This document shows positions 1-8,051 of a DNA stretch of 64,000 nucleotides, one piece after another. Source of the DNA: Candidatus Krumholzibacteriia bacterium. Lineage in GTDB: Bacteria > Krumholzibacteriota > Krumholzibacteriia > JAJRXK01. The stretch is taken from contig JBGPIA010000002.1 in assembly GCA_041484665.1 (NCBI GenBank), positions 42,045 to 106,044 of the forward strand, in the 5' to 3' direction. Under the pieces are notes generated by a model. That model saw nothing but the letters and a program-made list of their open reading frames with translations, did no database searches and was not told the origin of the DNA. The translations under genes were made by a program, and so were the position numbers. Numbering within the stretch: position 1 is the stretch's first letter; every line of letters begins with the position of its first letter.

Positions 1-899
1 CCGTCGCTGGCATAGCCTCCTGCCTGATCCACGATGTACGCCAACGGGGCCGCCTCGTACAGCAGGCGCAGCTTCGGCTTGGGTGACTCACCCGGATGGC
101 GCGCGACCGCCGGATAGAGGAACACGCCGCCCCGCAGCAGATTGCGGTGGAAGTCGGCGACCAGGCTCCCCGCGTAGCGCGCGGTCAGCGGCGGGTGGCC
201 CTCCCAACCGCGCCGGAGCTGGTCCACGATCGCGCCCACGCGCGGGTCGGCCAGGGGCAGGTTGGCGTCGTTGACGCTGTAGATACGGCCTTGGCGGGGG
301 ATGCGGATGTCCTCGTGGGAAAGGAGGAACTCCCCGACGGAGGGATCGAGCGTGAAGCCGTGCACGCCCGTCCCGGCCGTGTAGACGAACATCGTACTGC
401 TGCCGTAGACCACGTAGCCCGCCGCCACCTGGCGATAGCCGCCCTGCAGCAGATCCTGCAGCGTGCCCGGCCCCTCGCGCGTGACGCGCCGGAAGATGGA
501 GAAGATCGTCCCGATGGAGATGTTGACGTCGATGTTGCTGGATCCATCGAGCGGGTCGAACACCAGCACGTAGCGGCCGCAAGGATAGCCCGGCTCGATG
601 GCGACGGGCTGCTCCCACTCCTCGCTGGCCATGACGCAAACGTGCCCGCTGCGCCCGGCGATGCGCGCGAGGGTCTCGTGGGCGTAGACGTCGAGTTTCT
701 GCACGCGCTCGCCCTGGACGTTCTCGCCGCCCGCCTCGCCCAGGATATCCACCAGGCCGGCGCGATTGACGTGGGCCGCGATCACCTTGGCGGCGAAGGC
801 CACGTCGCTCAGCAGACCCGAGAACGCCCCCCGCGCTTCCGGGTAGCGCCGCTGCGCGTCCATGATCTGGCGTTCGATCGTGATGATGTTGGGTCCCAC
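1..899 (-). CDS. fbp: Fructose-1,6-bisphosphatase class 1, 3'-truncated at the window edge
   Basis: Reverse-strand translation from GTG ~899 (or ATG 863) reads ...[27 protein letters not shown]...[28 protein letters not shown]...[14 protein letters not shown]..., the characteristic FBPase I motifs. It runs off position 1 with no stop. It is absent from the ORF track because it is unterminated. Confidence 0.85.
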   Translation of the reverse strand, partial: MGPNIITIERQIMDAQRRYPEARGAFSGLLSDVAFAAKVIAAHVNRAGLVDILGEAGGENVQGERVQKLDVYAHETLARIAGRSGHVCVMASEEWEQPVAIEPGYPCGRYVLVFDPLDGSSNIDVNISIGTIFSIFRRVTREGPGTLQDLLQGGYRQVAAGYVVYGSSTMFVYTAGTGVHGFTLDPSVGEFLLSHEDIRIPRQGRIYSVNDANLPLADPRVGAIVDQLRRGWEGHPPLTARYAGSLVADFHRNLLRGGVFLYPAVARHPGESPKPKLRLLYEAAPLAYIVDQAGGYASD

Positions 900-1192
900 G
901 CCCCGCCTTCACCCGGCCTTCCGCGCACCATCCCGTCGCGCAGCATCGCGCGGCACGCCATTCGACCGCGCCGGTGCCCACTCGCCCGCGCGCAACCGCT
1001 CCATGATAACAAAGGCTGCCCGCAGTGTCTCGCCGCAGGGTTCTCGCGCGGGCGTCCGGCAGGGCCGCCACACGGCCGCGCCGGAGCCGGGTCGCCCTCG
1101 CCCGGCCAGCGCCGGCACGCAAACGGGTGACTCCGCCGCGTTGTTCCACTATCCTGGCAGCCCGCCGCCCCCCGAGGCGGGGAGGAGCCGCG

Positions 1193-2080
1193 ATGGTCAA
1201 GCTGCGCAAGACGTACGACCGCTGGCTCGAGGCGCTGTGCCTCGACATGGAGGACAAGTTCGTGGCGTTCCTCCGCCAGACGGGGCGCGCGGTGGAGATC
1301 GACAACGTGGTGGTCGATTCCCAGGAGTTGTTCGCGCGCCACTTCACCTGTGATACGACGACCTGCGACCCGACCCTGCGTGGCCGCGCCATGCGCTCCT
1401 GTTGCTGCGAGCTCACCGTCGACCTGACCTGGGACGAGGCGCGCCGGATCGAGGAGCACCTGCCGGACATCCGGGCAGTCATGGAGGAGGCGGCGCAAGC
1501 GCCAGGGCTCGCGGTCCTCGACCGCGGCGCGTTCCACGTCATGGCCGACGACTTCTCGCCGCAGCTGGCCAAGCACCGCTGGGGCTGCGTATTCGCCTAC
1601 CGCGAGGAGGGCCGCTCGTTCCGTTGCGCCGTGCACGCGGCGGCGCTGCGCTTGGGCCTGCCCATCACAGCGCTCAAGCCCAACATCTGCAGTCTGTGGC
1701 CGCTGGCGCTCATCGAATACCAGACGGGTCAGTACGTCCTCACGGCCCTCACCGACGAGACCGGGGGGCTGCTGGAGGACGACGAGCAGCACGCGCGCTA
1801 CGCCTGCCTGAAGAATGACCGCAAGGGCCCGCCCCTCTATCGTGAGTTCACGGGGCTGCTCGCCGAGCTGTTCGGAGCGGAGTTCATCGCGCGCCTGGAC
1901 GCGGAGTACGAGCGTTGGGAGGAGCGGGAGCGGTCGCAGCCCGCTGCCACCGCCGTGCCGGCGCAGCCGCCGCCGACGCCGGTGCGGCGCCCGCGCAACG
2001 GCGGGCGGCCGGCCGAATCTCATCCTACGGATACGCAGCCGCCGCGAGGGCGCCGCGCTGCGGATGCGCGTCACCGGTAG
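1193..2080 (+). CDS. Cys-rich conserved hypothetical protein with a Pro/Arg-rich C-terminal tail
   Basis: ATG at 1193 follows a GGGAGGAG Shine-Dalgarno sequence. It contains the Cys cluster CDTTTCDPTLRGRAMRSCCCE and further Cys residues. It is divergent from fbp, and its 3' end overlaps the convergent gene by 10 nt. Confidence 0.55.
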   Translation: MVKLRKTYDRWLEALCLDMEDKFVAFLRQTGRAVEIDNVVVDSQELFARHFTCDTTTCDPTLRGRAMRSCCCELTVDLTWDEARRIEEHLPDIRAVMEEAAQAPGLAVLDRGAFHVMADDFSPQLAKHRWGCVFAYREEGRSFRCAVHAAALRLGLPITALKPNICSLWPLALIEYQTGQYVLTALTDETGGLLEDDEQHARYACLKNDRKGPPLYREFTGLLAELFGAEFIARLDAEYERWEERERSQPAATAVPAQPPPTPVRRPRNGGRPAESHPTDTQPPRGRRAADARHR

Positions 2081-4080
2081 TTGGCGCTCAGCTCGCCGGC
2101 TCCCTGTGGCAGCGCGACCAGGCGCAGCTCGCGGCCAAACGACGAGGAGCGGCGGCTCTCCGCAGGCTGCCAGGACGCTTCCCAGCTGGTAAGCGTCAAC
2201 CGGCGCCAGTGCAGCGGCAGCGCCACGGCCAGTCCCGCCTGCGCGGCGCCGGCCGGGGCCTCCACATGGACGCGCAGCAGGCCGCCGCCGTAGACCCAGC
2301 GCACGTGCGCCTGGGCGCGCAGCTCCCAGAAGTCCAGGAGCGCGGTCATCGTCGCCAACTGGTGGTTGCGACGCTGCGCGAGCTCCGGTAGCGCATCCCA
2401 CATCCGGAACAGCTCCGCCGACGGGGTCTCCCCGAAGACGTCGGGGTGGAAGAGCAGCGCGACCGGACCGTGTCCGCCGACGGCATTGGTTCGCAGCCAG
2501 CGGTCCACCCGCGCGCGATCGACGCCCCCATCGGTGTCGCCCCAGAGGAACGGTACCTCCCAGAGCGGGTAGGCGAGCCCGCGCCGATCGATGGGGCGGA
2601 AGGGGACGGCGCTGCCGAACAGCCAGCCCGCGGCACCGTGGTCCGGGCCGTAGCTCGAGTCGCCGCGGAAGCCCGCGCCCACCAGCCATCGCCAGCCGCG
2701 GTCCACGTCGTCGGGCCAGAGCAGGGAGTGGTTGCGATTGAGCGTCAGCGGCGTCCCGGCGGGTAGGCGCGCCACGAGGCCCTCTCGCTGCTCCACGATC
2801 GACGGCAGCTGGGCGAGCGGCTGGAAGCGCCACGCGCCGATCCGCCGGCGGGGCGAACGCTCGTCCTTCCAGGTGGCCCCCACCGGCAGCCGTGCCTGTA
2901 GCCCAATCTCGGCGCCGTCGGCCAGCGGCCCCCCCTCACCTTCTACCGTGAGCCGCGCATCGGGCGCCATCAAGTACAGCGTGGACGGAGCTCCGCGTCC
3001 GGCCTGGGCGCGCGTCATCCAGCGGGACGTGTCGCGCCAGCCGTCGTCGTCGTGCGTCAGGAGCACCCATCCGTCGCGCGCCAGCGGGGCCGGCCAGACG
3101 CTGGCCCACGGAGCGGGAGCGAGCTCGGCATCAAACAACGCCGCGATCCAGGCGTCCAGCCATGGTGCGTCGGCCTGCAGCAGCGACCGCGTTGCGACGA
3201 GGTCGTTGGTCTCGCCGGGGCCGGCGAGCACGCCCGCGTAGCGATCCGGCAGATGGAAGCCGGGGTCCGGCACGCCCTGGCGAATGCTCAGCGCGAGGTC
3301 GCCGACGTCCAGCGCGCAGATGAGCCACGCACCCGCCCCTTCGTCCAGCCGCCACAGCGCGGGGCGGCCTCCCATGTCCAGGATGGGGCGGGCGAGGGCG
3401 CGCGCCGAGGCCGCGGGCGCATAGCGGGACACGCGCACGGGCAGCGGCAGCGGTGGTGGGTCGGGCAACGGCACGTCGAGCGTGGGAGCCCGCAGGCGTG
3501 GCGCGGGCGCCCAGGTCAGCTCGGGCACGACCTCCTCGCCCTGCAGGTCCAGGCCCATCTCCTTGGCCCAAAGCGGGGGCGGGGCCTCCAGCACCACGAC
3601 CAGTCCCTGCGAAACGTGTGGGCGCAGCGCCGATACCCACCCCGCGTCCAGTCCGGCCAGCGTCCGGCGCGGTAGCACCAGCACCGCGCGGTTCTGCAGC
3701 GCTGCGTCGATGTCGCGCCCGACCTCTTCGGTGGCCAGCACGTCGCAACCACCAAAGGCCTGGGTGAGGACGTTGGACCACTCGAGGTCCGCCGCGCGCT
3801 GTGCCGGTGTGCGCGGAGCGCGGCCCTTGTACGTCTCCCAGCGCACCGCCAGGAGCACGGGATGGTCCGTCGCGCGGCGCGGGAAGGCGGCACCGCCTTG
3901 CGGCTGACGGGTGGGCAGGTGGATCGGATGGGCGTCGCACCAGAGCGCAGCGGCGCACAGCACCAGCAGCACGCCGCTCAGTCGCGCCCGTGCGCGTCGG
4001 CGCCGGCCGGCGGGCTGCGGGCGGGTCCGGGCCGGACCCGCAACTCCCGCACCGCGCGAGCTCGGCTCGAAGCCGATCAT
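2071..4080 (-). CDS. Exported ~669-aa protein, paralog B of a tandem pair, with a possible deacetylase-like domain
   Basis: N-terminal hydrophobic anchor LSGVLLVLCAAALW. Blocks are shared with the neighbouring paralog (LLTHDDDGWRDTS; NRNHSLLW; LDSSYGP; LFHPDVF) and loosely recall CE4/NodB deacetylase motifs. It has a 4-nt ATGA overlap with the upstream gene. Confidence 0.6.
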   Translation of the reverse strand: MIGFEPSSRGAGVAGPARTRPQPAGRRRRARARLSGVLLVLCAAALWCDAHPIHLPTRQPQGGAAFPRRATDHPVLLAVRWETYKGRAPRTPAQRAADLEWSNVLTQAFGGCDVLATEEVGRDIDAALQNRAVLVLPRRTLAGLDAGWVSALRPHVSQGLVVVLEAPPPLWAKEMGLDLQGEEVVPELTWAPAPRLRAPTLDVPLPDPPPLPLPVRVSRYAPAASARALARPILDMGGRPALWRLDEGAGAWLICALDVGDLALSIRQGVPDPGFHLPDRYAGVLAGPGETNDLVATRSLLQADAPWLDAWIAALFDAELAPAPWASVWPAPLARDGWVLLTHDDDGWRDTSRWMTRAQAGRGAPSTLYLMAPDARLTVEGEGGPLADGAEIGLQARLPVGATWKDERSPRRRIGAWRFQPLAQLPSIVEQREGLVARLPAGTPLTLNRNHSLLWPDDVDRGWRWLVGAGFRGDSSYGPDHGAAGWLFGSAVPFRPIDRRGLAYPLWEVPFLWGDTDGGVDRARVDRWLRTNAVGGHGPVALLFHPDVFGETPSAELFRMWDALPELAQRRNHQLATMTALLDFWELRAQAHVRWVYGGGLLRVHVEAPAGAAQAGLAVALPLHWRRLTLTSWEASWQPAESRRSSSFGRELRLVALPQGAGELSANYR

Positions 4081-6011
4081 GGCTGCCCCGCGCCGCCGTA
4101 CACGGCGACGATGGTGTGTTCGCCCGCTGGAAGCGGGATCTGCACCCAGCCCCAGCGCTCCGCCGGCGGCGCCGGCAGCGTCCCACCATCGAGTTCGATG
4201 GCGCGCAGCAGCCCCAAGCCCGCCGCGCTCGGAGTGAGCTCGAGCGCTTGGCCTTCTCCCACGACGTGGAGCTGGAAACGGCGCCGACCGCGGCCCGCGT
4301 CCGCCTCCACCAGGAGCGCGCGTCCCTGCAGGCGAGCGTGGCGGAAGGCGAGGTAGTGGCTCATGCTCATGACCGGATGGCGGTGATGGGCCGCCGCCGA
4401 GAAGCTCTGCAGCAGGCCGCGCATGCGGAACGCGTCGGGGTTTCGCTGCATGGTCGCCGTGTGGAAGATCGGCGTCAACACGCAGTGGTAGCCGGCCTCC
4501 GAGTCGGCCAGCAGCTGCTCCTGGAGCGCCGGATCGTAGCGCTTGTCATCCTGGAAGCAGAACGGCAGCTCCAAAAGCGCGAACGGGTACCCGGTGACGT
4601 CGAGCGGGTGGTAGGGACGGCCGGTCTCAAATACGTAGCCGAATCGACCCTCAGCGGGCCCGTAGCTGGAGTCCAGCTCGAAGTGCTGCGCCTGCAAGAT
4701 GCGCAGCGTGCGCGTCCAGTGACCGTCCCAGAGCAGTGCGTGAGTGCGGTTCATCGTCACCGCCGGGGCACCCGCGGGCAGGCGCCGCTGCAGCGCCTGC
4801 ACCTGGTCGGCGAGATTGAGCTCCTTGGCCAGGGGGCGCCAGGGCCCCACGCCGATGCGCCGGACCTGGTGGAGCCAGGAACCGCGGTTCCACTGCAGCT
4901 GCACGTCGCAGCCGGCCTGGAGCATGGCCGACGTCCCGGCCACCGTGATCCGATCGGGGATGGCGAAGAATGTGCTACTGGCGCCCTCGCTCGCCGCGAG
5001 ATCGCTCAAGAACGTCGAGCGATCGCCGAAACTGTCCTCGTCGTGCGTCATGACGAAGAGCCCGGCCGTTCCGGCGGGCAGCGGGCTGAGGCGTGCGGTG
5101 GGCGCCAGCGCGAACCCAGATGCGAGCACCGTGCGCGCCAGCAGGTCGGCCCGCGGCACCCAGGCCACTACGCGCGTAGGGTCGGCCACGAGATCGTCGG
5201 GCTCCACGCCGCGCTCCGGGCCATGGCTGTTGTGCGTTCCGTGTACCGAGAAATCGTCCTGGGGCACACCCTGCCACAGGGCGGTGAGCCAGCGGCCCAG
5301 GTCGCAGGCGAGCACGACAACCGCACCGCGCTCCCACGCCAGACGCCACGCGGCCGCGCCGCCGTCGAGCCAGAGCAGTGCCTGGTCGTCCGGGGGGCAC
5401 GCCGACGGTCGCTGGCACGTCGTGATCACGGGCATCCCGTCCGCCCAACCCGGCGGCGCGTAGGGAAGCATGGGGGCGACGCGGGTCAGGCGGCGCGGCG
5501 CAAACGCCTGCGCCGACAGCCCAACGCGCGTCGGTCGCAACACGCTGTCGTCGGGTTGCTCGAGGATGAGGAGCGAGCCCTGCTCCGCCAACTGGAACAG
5601 AGCAGTCGTGAGGTCGGCGGCCAGCGCACCGCAGGACCGGGTGACCACCGCGACCAGGGGGCGCCCGCGCTCCGTGGTCTTCCGGAGATCCGCCGCCCCC
5701 GCCAGGCGGACGTCGAGGCAGCGCGTGGCTCCGGCCTCTTCCTCGAGCACTGACAGCCAGGCCAGGCTGCAGTCCAGTTGCGCGGAGGATCCCCCGGCCG
5801 CCGCGGCCTCGACCCTGGCGCCGTCGTAGAGGAGCAGCGCCGAGGGTGCTGCGACGGCGGCGGGCGGCTCGGCCGGCTGCTCGGCGTCGGGGTTGTCGAG
5901 CCAGACTGGTTTGCGGCCGTAGTGCTGCGCCACCACGGCCGCAGCGCCGCACAGTGCAAGCAGCGACGCCGCGAGCGCCTTGCGCCTCAACACTCCCCGC
6001 CGCGCGACCAT
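4077..6011 (-). CDS. Exported ~644-aa protein, paralog A of the tandem pair
   Basis: Signal peptide MVARRGVLRRKALAASLLALCGAAAVVA. Blocks homologous to paralog B: VMTHDEDSFGDRS, NRTHALLW, LDSSYGPAEG, IFHTATM. Confidence 0.6.
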   Translation of the reverse strand: MVARRGVLRRKALAASLLALCGAAAVVAQHYGRKPVWLDNPDAEQPAEPPAAVAAPSALLLYDGARVEAAAAGGSSAQLDCSLAWLSVLEEEAGATRCLDVRLAGAADLRKTTERGRPLVAVVTRSCGALAADLTTALFQLAEQGSLLILEQPDDSVLRPTRVGLSAQAFAPRRLTRVAPMLPYAPPGWADGMPVITTCQRPSACPPDDQALLWLDGGAAAWRLAWERGAVVVLACDLGRWLTALWQGVPQDDFSVHGTHNSHGPERGVEPDDLVADPTRVVAWVPRADLLARTVLASGFALAPTARLSPLPAGTAGLFVMTHDEDSFGDRSTFLSDLAASEGASSTFFAIPDRITVAGTSAMLQAGCDVQLQWNRGSWLHQVRRIGVGPWRPLAKELNLADQVQALQRRLPAGAPAVTMNRTHALLWDGHWTRTLRILQAQHFELDSSYGPAEGRFGYVFETGRPYHPLDVTGYPFALLELPFCFQDDKRYDPALQEQLLADSEAGYHCVLTPIFHTATMQRNPDAFRMRGLLQSFSAAAHHRHPVMSMSHYLAFRHARLQGRALLVEADAGRGRRRFQLHVVGEGQALELTPSAAGLGLLRAIELDGGTLPAPPAERWGWVQIPLPAGEHTIVAVYGGAGQP

Positions 6012-6021
6012 GGTGGAGCCC

Positions 6022-6393
6022 TCAACCGCTCAGGCTCACCAGCAGCACTCCGGCCACGATCAGGGCACTGCCCAACAGGCGCGGGCGCGTGACGGCCTCG
6101 CCGAACGCCATCCGCGCGGCCAGCATGATCCCCACGTAGCTCAGGCTGATGAACGGGAACGCAAAGCTCAGCTCCACGAGAGCGAGCGCAGAGAGCCACA
6201 TGAAGGTGGAGACCCCGTAGAGGCAAAGGCCCAGCACCAGGCGGGAGGCTCCCTGGCGCCAGTGGCGCCTGGAGGTCGTCCGGCCGACGCGCCCGACGCG
6301 GATCATGGCGCTCTTGAGGCAGACCTGCGCCAGCACCGCGGAGCCAACGCTGGCCAGGATGAAGGGGAGCGCGGCGTGCGGGTCGTGCGTCAT
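6022..6393 (-). CDS. SMR/EamA-type 4-TM small membrane protein, ArnE-like
   Basis: 123 aa with four hydrophobic helices. ...AVLAQVCLKS... and ...AFPFISLSYVGIMLAA... match the ArnE pattern (QLCQK; AYPxLSL). Confidence 0.6.
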   Translation of the reverse strand: MTHDPHAALPFILASVGSAVLAQVCLKSAMIRVGRVGRTTSRRHWRQGASRLVLGLCLYGVSTFMWLSALALVELSFAFPFISLSYVGIMLAARMAFGEAVTRPRLLGSALIVAGVLLVSLSG

Positions 6394-6836
6394 GACTGCG
6401 GTCCGCTCGCTGCGGATTCGGCTCCGCCGGCTGCGCCAGCCGGCCCACCAGAGCCAGCGTAAGCCTCGTCACCGGGCCGCTGCCGCCCCCGCTCACCGCG
6501 CGCCACGACCATGATTCCGGTGAGGATCAGCGCTGTGCCGATCCATCGCAAAAGGGGAACCTGCTCGTGCAGCAGCGCCGCCGACAAGAGCGTGACCAGG
6601 ACGTAGCTCAGCGAACCCAAGGGATAGGCGACGGCCAGATCGACGCGCGAGAGCACGAGCAGCCACACTGCCGTCCCCGTGGCGAACACGAGCAGCCCGC
6701 CCACCACCCAGCCGGAGAGCGCGGCGCTGCGCAAGAGCGCCAGCCCGTGCGAGCCTGCGGCCTGCGCCATGCCGCGGCGCAGCATCAGCTGGGCGGTCAC
6801 GCTCATCACGACGCTCACGCCCACCAGCTGCACGGT
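6390..6836 (-). CDS. SMR/EamA-type 4-TM small membrane protein, ArnF-like; start uncertain (GTG ~6836 or ATG 6806)
   Basis: ...VQLVGVSVVMSVTAQLMLRRG...AVAYPLGSLSYVLVTLLSA...GTALILTGIMVVA. The long ORF 6390..7472 in the track is over-extended through an Arg-rich low-complexity frame. It has a 4-nt overlap with the ArnE-like gene. Confidence 0.5.
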   Translation of the reverse strand, partial: TVQLVGVSVVMSVTAQLMLRRGMAQAAGSHGLALLRSAALSGWVVGGLLVFATGTAVWLLVLSRVDLAVAYPLGSLSYVLVTLLSAALLHEQVPLLRWIGTALILTGIMVVARGERGRQRPGDEAYAGSGGPAGAAGGAESAASGPQS

Positions 6837-7293
6837 GCGCGCATCCAGCCCGCCGCGCGCGCGCGTCACGCCGTCCTCCCGGCCGCGATCCCGGCCATGA
6901 CGGCGCTTGCGGCGCCCGGGCAGCTTGTTGCCCTCACCGTGAGCGCGACGAGCGGCATCGCCCGAGGGGGCGGGCGCAGGGGACGGGCGCTGTCGGATAC
7001 GGTCACGGCATCGAGCTCCATGAAGGGCGTCCAGGGTGCCGCGGGGCAGCCGCCGCCGGAGCGGGTTCCCTCCCCGCGCGGGCCCAATCCGGCGGGCCCA
7101 CATCGCGCTGCAGTCTAGAGCGGGTGGGCTCCGGCGGCGAGGCCCGCGTCTCCGCCGGGCCTTACCCTCGGCGGGTACGTCCGCTGCGCTTGCCGAGAGC
7201 GCCGCTCGCACGTACCGTTGCGCGACGGCACGGTCGGCCGCCGCGGACGGCCCCGGTCGCGCGTACGATTCCGCGCGCAGGAGGTGAATCGGC

Positions 7294-7710
7294 GTGATGG
7301 CGACCGGCCGTCCGCGGGGACGGGCGTTGCGGCGGCGACCGGGGCTCCACTGGCGGCGGTTCCTGCCGCTGCTGGTCGCCGTGGGCGTGGCGGCGTGCGG
7401 CCGCCATGGTCGCGAGTCCGCCGCGACGGTGCGTGCCGCAACGCCGCTCCCGCCGGTACGCTGGCGCGGCATCGCGCGCGCGCAGCGCTACGTCGTGCGC
7501 GGCTGGTCGGGCGATCAGTTGCTCTTCGAGCTGACGACACGCGACACGCTGCTGGCGCTCAGCCCGTCGCTGCAACAGACGCTGGCGGCGTTCGACTCCG
7601 CTGCGGTCGAAGTGCTGGGGATGGGAGAGCAGGGTCTGATCGGTCGGCAGGCAGTCGTGCTGCGTAGCCCCGGACAACGGGACGGGGGTGGTGCCGGAGG
7701 TGGGATTTGA
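7294..7710 (+). CDS. Small putative lipoprotein (hypothetical)
   Basis: AGGAGG lies 9 nt before GTG 7294 / ATG 7297. It has a lipobox-like LLVAVGVAACG. Its 3' end overlaps the 3' end of tRNA-Leu on the opposite strand by ~22 nt, which lowers confidence. Confidence 0.35.
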   Translation: MMATGRPRGRALRRRPGLHWRRFLPLLVAVGVAACGRHGRESAATVRAATPLPPVRWRGIARAQRYVVRGWSGDQLLFELTTRDTLLALSPSLQQTLAAFDSAAVEVLGMGEQGLIGRQAVVLRSPGQRDGGGAGGGI

Positions 7711-7775
7711 ACCCACACGAGCCGAAGCCCACGGGATTTTGAGTCCCGCACGTCTGCCAGTTCCGCCACTCCGGC
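7689..7775 (-). tRNA. tRNA-Leu (anticodon CAA), 87 nt with a long variable arm and encoded CCA
   Basis: The reverse complement reads GCCGGAGTGGCGGAACTGGCAGACGTGCGGGACTCAAAATCCCGTGGGCTTCGGCTCGTGTGGGTTCAAATCCCACCTCCGGCACCA. Anticodon stem CGGGA/TCCCG flanks the loop CTCAAAA. The T-loop is GTTCAAATC. Confidence 0.9.
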
Positions 7776-7816
7776 ATCGCAGCGCCAAAACCAGCGTCGG
7801 GCGGCGCGCGGCAGCC

Positions 7817-7845
7817 AGGGTAGGGAGCGCACCGGCAGATGTCAA
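7817..7845 (-). promoter_or_regulatory. Putative sigma-70 promoter for tRNA-Leu (TTGACA-N17-TACCCT)
   Basis: Reverse complement of 7840-7845 is TTGACA; 17-nt spacer; TACCCT at 7817-7822; ~40 nt upstream of the tRNA 5' end. Confidence 0.45.
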
Positions 7846-7857
7846 ATGGCGCCTCCC

Positions 7858-7885
7858 TTGACAAGCCCGCGGGAACCAATAAACT
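7858..7885 (+). promoter_or_regulatory. Putative sigma-70 promoter for tRNA-Ala (TTGACA-N16-TAAACT)
   Basis: TTGACA at 7858-7863; TAAACT at 7880-7885; ~20 nt upstream of the tRNA 5' end. It is divergent from the tRNA-Leu promoter. Confidence 0.45.
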
Positions 7886-7905
7886 GGGTCGGCCCAGCAC
7901 GATGT

Positions 7906-7981
7906 GGGGCCATAGCTCAGCTGGGAGAGCGCATGACTGGCAGTCATGAGGTCACGGGTTCGAGCCCCGTTGGCTCCACCA
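7906..7981 (+). tRNA. tRNA-Ala (anticodon GGC), 76 nt with encoded CCA
   Basis: GGGGCCATAGCTCAGCTGGGAGAGCGCATGACTGGCAGTCATGAGGTCACGGGTTCGAGCCCCGTTGGCTCCACCA. It has the G3:U70 Ala identity pair. Anticodon loop CTGGCAG. Confidence 0.9.
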
Positions 7982-8051
7982 ACTCCCCTCGCACAGCGCC
8001 GCCGTTCCCACCCTCCTCGACGCCGCCGTGGCGCCAGCGCGCGGTCGAGCC

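Noticed and set aside
1193-1500. Cys cluster CDTTTCDPTLRGRAMRSCCCE considered as a YkgJ/FliB-type CxxCxxCC flagellin-methylase domain
   Set aside because: The spacing (C-x4-C...CCC) does not fit the CxxCxxCC signature, and the gene lies 17 kb from the flagellar cluster; it is left as a Cys-rich hypothetical.
809-2833. 674-aa minus-strand ORF (and the similar 88..1572 minus, 96..1130 plus and 1025..2080 plus upstream extension)
   Set aside because: The Arg/Ala/Gly/Pro-rich low-complexity translations are antisense or out-of-frame to the clear fbp and 1193..2080 genes. Artefacts of this kind are expected at ~72% GC, where stop codons are rare in every frame.
3801-5753. 650-aa plus-strand ORF and other long ORFs antisense to the tandem paralogs (3131..4189, 4975..5952, 4744..5463)
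   Set aside because: They are antisense to two mutually homologous genes with signal peptides. The translations are Arg/Gly low-complexity with no domain-like blocks.
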